Source of the DNA: Eledone cirrhosa
Lineage: Eukaryota
NCBI GenBank assembly: GCA_964016885.1
Contig: OZ024743.1
Coordinates: 326,988,001 to 327,052,000, forward strand
DNA length: 64,000 nucleotides
Direction: 5' to 3'
The position numbers and the translations under genes are program-made. Below, one piece after another: positions 57,360-64,000 of the stretch. Under the pieces are notes generated by a model. The model did not search any database and had not been told where the DNA came from. It saw only the letters and a list, made by a program, of their open reading frames with translations. Each line of letters starts with the position of its first letter. Position 1 is the first letter of the stretch.

Positions 57360-60300
57360 GATTCTTACAGAGTTAAAGATTTTGGCCAAGGTGTTGGCAA
57401 TGAGGTTGGTGCTTGTAGTCGAGAACCTGGTAGAGAAAGCGCAAACATTTAGCGTACAGGTTGGGGTCCACCAGGGCTCTGTTCTTAGCCCTCTCCTGTT
57501 CATCATAGTCCTGCAGGCAATAACGGAGGAGTTTAAGACAGGATGCCCATGAGAACTCCTGTATGCTGATGACCTCGCACTCATAGCTGAATCTATGGTA
57601 GAACTAGAGAATAAATTCCAAACCTGGAAGCAGGGACTAGAGAGAAAGGGTCTCAAAGTCAACATGACCAAGACTAAGGTCCTTGTAAGTAGACGAGAAA
57701 ACAGAACCCAGATCCCCTCGGGGAAATGGCCTTGCTCAGTATGTAGGAAAGGTGTAGGTAGGAACTCCATTCTCTGCCCCAAATGCAAACAATGGGTACA
57801 CAAGAGATGTAGCGGGATCTCAGGAAGCTTTATTAAGAATGTAGGATTCACATGCAGCAGCTGTGCTGAAACAGCAAGCAGCAAACAGCCACAGGAAACA
57901 AGTACCACCAATCTCTGGGAGGGCCCTGTAGAAACAGTAGACAGCTTCTGCTACCTAGGTGACCGAATTAGCAACGGCGGTGGGTGTTCAGAAAGTACAA
58001 TAACTAGGGTAAGAACGGGATGGAAGAAGTTTAGGGAACTACTACCACTGCTAGCTGCAAAAGGCTTCTCCCTCAGAATGAAAGGCAGACTGTATGATGC
58101 GTGTATCCGAACAGCGATGTTGCATGGTAGTTAGACCTGGGCGCTGAAGGTGGAAGACTTACGTAGATTAGAGAGAAACGAAGCCTGCATGCTCCGATGG
58201 ATGTGTAACAGTAATATACGTGAATGACAAAGCATAAATGAATTGAGAGAGAGACTGAGCATAAGAGGAATCAAATGCTGTGTGCAGGAGAGGCGGTTGC
58301 GCTGGTATGGACATGTGATGCGTATGAAGGATGACAGCTGCATAAAAAGGTGCAGAGCACTAGAAGTTGATGGAAACCGCGGAGTGGGGAGACCCAAGAT
58401 GACCTGGGATGAGGTGATAAAAGCCAACCTTACCCAATTACACCTCTCAAAGACAATGACACACGACCGTGACTTCTGGCGTCATGCAGTAATACAGAGT
58501 ACCCGACCTCCCATGGGTACATGCTGAAGCATATAAACAATATGCCCCCACACCCCCCACCGCAAGGTGGTCGTGGAGGTGCCACGGCAAAAAAGCACCC
58601 AGCCCACACTGTAAAGTGGACGTGTAGGCGCCACGAAAAAGCACCCAGCACTCACTGTAAATGAGGTTGGTGTTAGGAAGGGCATCCAGCTGTAGAAATC
58701 AAGCCAGATCAGTTCCTGTATGAGCAAGGCATGGTCAGCCGACCAGACACTGCACACAACAGGACAACCCGTCTAACCCATGCTAGCGTGGAAGAACGGA
58801 CGTAAAACGGTGATGATGATGATGATGATGTGCAATCCCGACCAGGTCCATACACGACAACCTCCACTTCCTGCGATACATCATAGAGAAAGTAGGGTGT
58901 AAACCCGGCTTCGGTGGGGCTCTGATCAATTTAGATCGGTCTAAGGCTTTCGATAGAGTCAACCATCGATACTTGGAAGCGGTTCTCAAGGCGGCCGGTT
59001 TCGGACCCGTCTTCAGAGGCTGGATCGCCGCAATGCACACCAACATCTGCTCGATGGTCAAGGTGAACGGTTACCTATCGGAGCCGTTCGCAATCAGGCG
59101 TTCCATCTGACAGGGATGCCCTCTCTCCTCCATTATGTACGTACTGACTCTAGAGCCACTACTGCGAAAGTTGGAGCTGCTGCAGGGCATCCCGTTGGAA
59201 CCGGGACTGCGAAAAGCGGTGTCGGCTTATGCCGACAACGTGATGGTAATGGTGTCGGAAATCGGGGCAATCGGCAACTTACTGTAGGAATACGAAAGGC
59301 TCACAGGAGCAAAACTGAACCCGGACAAGTCTGTTGATTTGCAACTCGGAACGTGGAGAGGCAAACCGATGCCGTCCGACAGCGTCGTCAGACACTGGAT
59401 GGAAGAACCGGTGAAATTGCTCGGGGGTCTGGTTCGGTCCAGACCTCCAGGTGGAGAAAAACTGGAACGAGGTCACGGCCAAGGTATTTGCGCTCACCCA
59501 GAAATGGGCAGAGTGCAAACTATCCTTGAAAGGTCGAGCGGAGGTGGCGAACACTTTCATAGCGTCCGTCATCTACTACCGCTTGACTGTTGTGCCTTGT
59601 CCCCATGAACACCTCACCAAGATGGAACAAATGCTCTTCCAGTTCCTTTGGAAAAAGCAGGCTCCACTGGTGAGGAGATCCGTCTGCTGTCAGCACCCTT
59701 CCAACAGAGGGCTAGGAATGCCATGGCTGATGATGCGCAAGCATGCAGTGCGGCTACTGCATCTACAGGTATTCCTCACCGACCCCCAACCGGTGTGGGC
59801 ACCGTTTGTGAGACAGGCCTTCACGCAACTTGTCTCGCTGATGGAGCTGCAGACCTGGGTCAAGCGGAGACCAAAGAAGTTGGGCGCCAGGCACATTGAA
59901 TGCGCTCAGGCGCTCTCAGTCCTCTGTCAAGCGGGCACGGCAATGAGTGGAGACTCCACTTCGACATTCTATAGAGGGTTAGTACGACACAAGGGCGACG
60001 ACGTGCTTGGAGAGACTCTAGGTGTCGAAGACGACGAACTCATCAGTCTGTTTGGTAGGACTTTCCGCCCGGGTCCTATGGACAACTTCCAGAGGTCCCT
60101 GGCCTGGCAGTGCTACCGAGGAGCTCTACCAGTTCGTGACAAAATCTACAGGCACGGACGCCCCGGCAGGGATTGAAACTGTCTTACACGCAATTGTACA
60201 CTGCCCGGGCGTAACCGACCTGTGGAACTACGCAGAACAACTGCTGTCGCGTATGGGACAAATCCTGTTGATTGCCGAGTCCATAGTAAAGATCAAACCT

Positions 60301-60800
60301 CCATCATCCTTCAAAAGCGAAAAAGAGGCGGTTTTCCTCTGTATAGTGGCTATGGTGAAAGAGGTTATATGGTGGACAAGATTGAGAGGACTGGGGACAG
60401 ATGCCTTTCTTTCCGGACACCAACTCATTCCCTTCTTTAGATACCACTTTAGAAGGAGAATCAGAGTGGGGAGAGAGGCATTGCACCCCAGTAAATTTAC
60501 TGAAAGGTGGGTGAATGTGGCAAAAATGGCCCGAGTGATTGGGCCTTCTCTGTATATAAACCTGTAGGTTGAAGAAGAGAGCAAAAGGAAGAAAAGAGCA
60601 CTTGCACAACACGCTCCTGAAGTTGAGGGTTGTTCTATCTACGGGGTATTAAACAACCCATTTGTGGCGCCTCCCTCCCATCAGGGATTTCGATTGTTAT
60701 ATTTATTTGTTTCCTATTTTTACACGATTGTATGAAAAATCCCCGGCATGTCCTTGTTCTGTCCCCTTTTCTTGTGCGCCCTTGTGGCTAATAAAGAAAT
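57360..60800 (+). mobile_element. 5'-truncated Tx1/L1-clade LINE (RT to 3' end), interrupted by an RTE
   Basis: TELKILAKVLA..EKAQT, then CAIPTRSIHDNLH..KAFDRV..QGCPLS..AYADN..SLKGRAEVAN..RGALPVRDK. 3' end ccttgtggctaataaagaaa, as in the copy at 42272. Confidence 0.92.
57448..58830 (+). mobile_element. 5'-truncated RTE family B nested in the Tx1-like element
   Basis: Near-identical to 14637-16008; GVHQGSVLSP, YADD, intact C4HC3 finger, (GAT)n tail. Confidence 0.95.
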
Positions 60801-60803
60801 ATA

Positions 60804-61431
60804 TTTATATATATAAAACTGAGGATGTCTGTCTGTGTGTGTGTGAGTTTTAATCCCTAAAACTAAAAAACTACCCAACCGATTTTGTTCGAACTTTACA
60901 TGTGTATTACTTATGTTTCAGGGAGTATTATGCACATTAAAAAATTCAACTTTTTGATCCCCTAGGGCCCACATTAGGTGAAAAACTGCATTTTTTTTTA
61001 GATTTTTAGGGGTTATTTGAGGCATTATGTCAGACTGATTTCCTTGAAATTGTAACTATGTATTAGTCAGTCTGTTCTTCATACCGTGAGCAAAGAAAAT
61101 CCAACTTTTTTATGACCTAGGTGAAAAACTTCATTTTTCAGCTTTTTAGGGCTTTTTTGAGGTGTTACATCTAGCCGATTTTCCCAAAATTTCAAGGCAT
61201 ATTAGGCACATAAAAAAAATTATTTTCTTGATCCCTTAGTACCCGCTTTAGGTGAAAACCTGCATTTTTCCTGCTTCATCGAGGAAAATCTTAAAGATTA
61301 TCCAACCATCAGAGTATTCTGTTTATTTTCTTTACATATTGTCCAGGCATGCAGTTTTTCCACGATTAGGTCTGTTGGAGGCCTGCGTTCCAAAATACCT
61401 TATCCCGTGCAACGCCGGGTACCACTGCTAG
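60804..61431 (+). mobile_element. Non-autonomous Helitron
   Basis: 5' tttatatatataaaac..gtctgtctgtgtgt; internal repeated taggtgaaaa blocks; subterminal hairpin cccg-tgcaacgc-cggg; terminal CTAG followed by T. Confidence 0.85.
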
Positions 61432-63428
61432 TGTATTCTAAAAGTGAAGTGAAGTGGATGCAGTATGGCCAAATGATTTTAAGGAGTTCATTTTGCAACC
61501 ATTAGGTCCCCAGTTCAATCCCACAACATGACATCTTAAGTGTCATTTACCATATAGCCTTGGATCAACCTAAAGCTCATAAGTGAGATCAGGTACAGAA
61601 ACTGTTTTGAAGCCTGTCAGAAGGGCCAGCTTGTAACACACTGTGTCATACTGAATCTCCCTGAGACTTACATTAAGAGTAAACATATCTTTGGAATGCT
61701 CATCCACTTACATGTTAATTTTGTGAGCAGGTTGTTCCATTGATCAAACAAATAGAACACTCATTGTTAAAACTCATGGAGCTCCATTTCATAGTAAATG
61801 GAACAATCAGGAGGAATTGTAATTTTGAGTTATACTAGTACATAACCTGTTGTTTTATGGAAGGGATTTAGCATAATATGTTGTGCACGCACATGTGTAC
61901 ATATATATCTCCGTTTGTAAATTTACAATTTACATATGCACAACGCATTTCCTATCTCAGTCATATTGTCACAATTAGAAGTTCCCTTTCCAATCACAAG
62001 GTCCTGGGTTCTAATCCTACATTTGTCCCTGTAAATAGTTATTTCTCTAATGTTACTCATACATAAGTCATGGGTGGACTGCAAGCAGAGATAGATGTAA
62101 TAACCTCTATAATCTCCCACACACACACCCGAACCCCCTCTCCCATTACCTCCTACCACCAACTAGTTTCCTCTCTCTTTCACACCACTGATCCTTCCTT
62201 ACCTCATCCAACCCATGTCAGCAAGGAAAGACAGCCACTCCCCTGATTTCTCTGTCCATCTAACCCTCACTCCCCAAGTTCCCTCTCCATTAACACTCTC
62301 CATCCCCACTTTTCTCAACCCATGCCAGTAGAGTCATGATAAAATGTTCCCAGTACATGCTGTAAAGTAGTTGGTGTTAAGAAGGGCATCTAGCCATAAA
62401 AACCATGCTCCCAGGACAAACTGTAAAGTGTTTTGTGTTAGGAAGGGTATTCAGCCATAGAAACCAAGCCAAAAATGGAAGCTTGGGCAAAACATGGTCA
62501 CCTGACTAGTTAAGCCTCAGAACATGACACCCCGTCTAAGCCATCCAAGCATTGAAAATAGACATTAAATGAGGATGACGATGATGAACATATATGTAGT
62601 TATATCCTGGAAATAAATTATTAGAATATTATCTTTAATTACTTCCACGTGTCAATAATGAATCAAATGCAAATTTCCTAGTTTTGATGTTTATATATCT
62701 GGTACACAGGGCATACTAATCCTGGATTCCAAAAATTAATACATCATTATTGACAACACAGGTCTACAACTATTTGGTTTCTTCACCCAACACAGCTGTG
62801 TATGTGTGCACATGCATTTACACTTACAATACATGCTTAACAACTGGTTCTGTTTTATAGATATCATTTAACGTCCGCTTTTCATGTAAGCATGAGTGGG
62901 TTGAATCCTTATGGTCTTGACTCTTACATTCCATATTTGGCATGGTTTCTACAGCTGAATACCCTTCCTAACACCAACCAATTTACAAAGTACATTAGGT
63001 GCATTTTGTCATGGCACCCTCAGTGTACAGATTGCATTTTATGGTGGTACCAGCATTAATACTTTACAGAGTGTATTGAATGTATGATGATGAGATAGAA
63101 TTGAAAAATCTACTCTTAAAGTCACATTCAGTATGTATAATTCTATTGATAGGGTTCCAAAGTTTATAGAAATAGGAAGTCTGATTTTCAGCTGCTAACT
63201 TACTCAGCATTGTAGTAGTACCTAAATCTTTTGTGATTCTGATGATATTACTGGTAAGTAAAATTCAACGTTTCATCAAACCTGTTAAATTATACACAAG
63301 GACTTACATTGCTCTAATGGTGAACTAATTTTTAACCCATTTGTTACCATATTTCTAATGAAAGACACTGCCTACGATTTCAAAATGTTTTTGAAAATAA
63401 ACAAGAATTTGAAAGGATTTCTCATTAA

Positions 63429-63652
63429 CCCTTTAGCATTTACATTACTCTATATTTACTATTGTATTTTCACAATAAAGGCTTTATCTTACATAATTAT
63501 CTCACATAATATCGAATCTACAAGATTTTGATGTTATTTATTTTGAGAACAATACCTTAACGTCATCAATATGAATAGCCAGTTACAGTTGGTTTGAAGA
63601 GGAAGAGGTGAGAGAACTCTGTCCGGATACGGCCGGTTTAAATGCTAAAGGG
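63429..63652. mobile_element. piggyBac-like MITE nested in an older TTAA-type MITE (63336-63851)
   Basis: ttaa|ccctttagcattta ... taaatgctaaaggg|ttaa. The host element has termini cccatttgttacca and tggtataaaaaggg. Confidence 0.9.
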
Positions 63653-64000
63653 TTAAACTAGTGATTGAAGTATAACAATAACAAAATTATGATGGAAGGA
63701 TTTTATAATTTAGTTTTAAACTAGCAATAACCACGCCTTGGATAACCCTCATTGGCTATGGTACGGCTTCTGTGCAAAACAAACACTTTAAAATAAACAG
63801 TTTTGCATCATAAAAGCAAGGGTGGTTTCAAGTGATTTGGTATAAAAAGGGTTTTAAAAAAAAAAGGGAAGAGAAAAAGCTTTGTTTCAATTCCATCAGT
63901 AGCTATTACTAAAACTGAGTGACATGCATGTAAGTTCTTGGTGAATGAAATCTGTAACATGGTTTTGATTACAGGTTGGAACTACTGGGAAGAGATATCA

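Noticed and set aside
47102-64000. AGFG1 5' exons (ArfGAP zinc finger, HRVKSISM region)
   Set aside because: Searched the minus strand by eye and found no match; they probably lie beyond the window, although a short exon could have been missed.

Overview
This is AT-rich, repeat-dense eukaryotic DNA. The repeat content (huge (TA)n/(TACA)n arrays, RTE LINEs with (GAT)n tails, tRNA-derived SINEs, TTAA-flanked MITEs) suggests an octopus/cephalopod genome; that assignment is inference. One host gene is present: the 3' six coding exons of an AGFG1/HRB (ArfGAP with FG/NPF repeats, Drosophila drongo) orthologue on the minus strand (42225 down to stop at 24425). The exons total 1575 nt, are all GT-AG and are phase-consistent. 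I did not find its 5' exons in the window. Bases 1-20.6 kb are (TA)n microsatellite packed with RTE LINEs, Penelope-like remnants and SINEs. The introns hold Tx1/L1-like, R4/Dong-like, CR1 and CRE-like LINE relics, piggyBac-like and pogo-like MITEs and a Helitron. Main points of interest: (1) a tandem RNA module, a CUGUAAA-loop hairpin followed by an H-type pseudoknot with covarying stems, in RTE 3' UTRs and shared with a SINE; (2) minimal hammerhead ribozyme motifs in Penelope-like remnants; (3) a PHD-type finger directly after the RTE reverse transcriptase; (4) long hairpins in the AGFG1 transcription unit. All structures and alignments were read by eye and none were computed. TE boundaries are approximate unless TIRs/TSDs are quoted.
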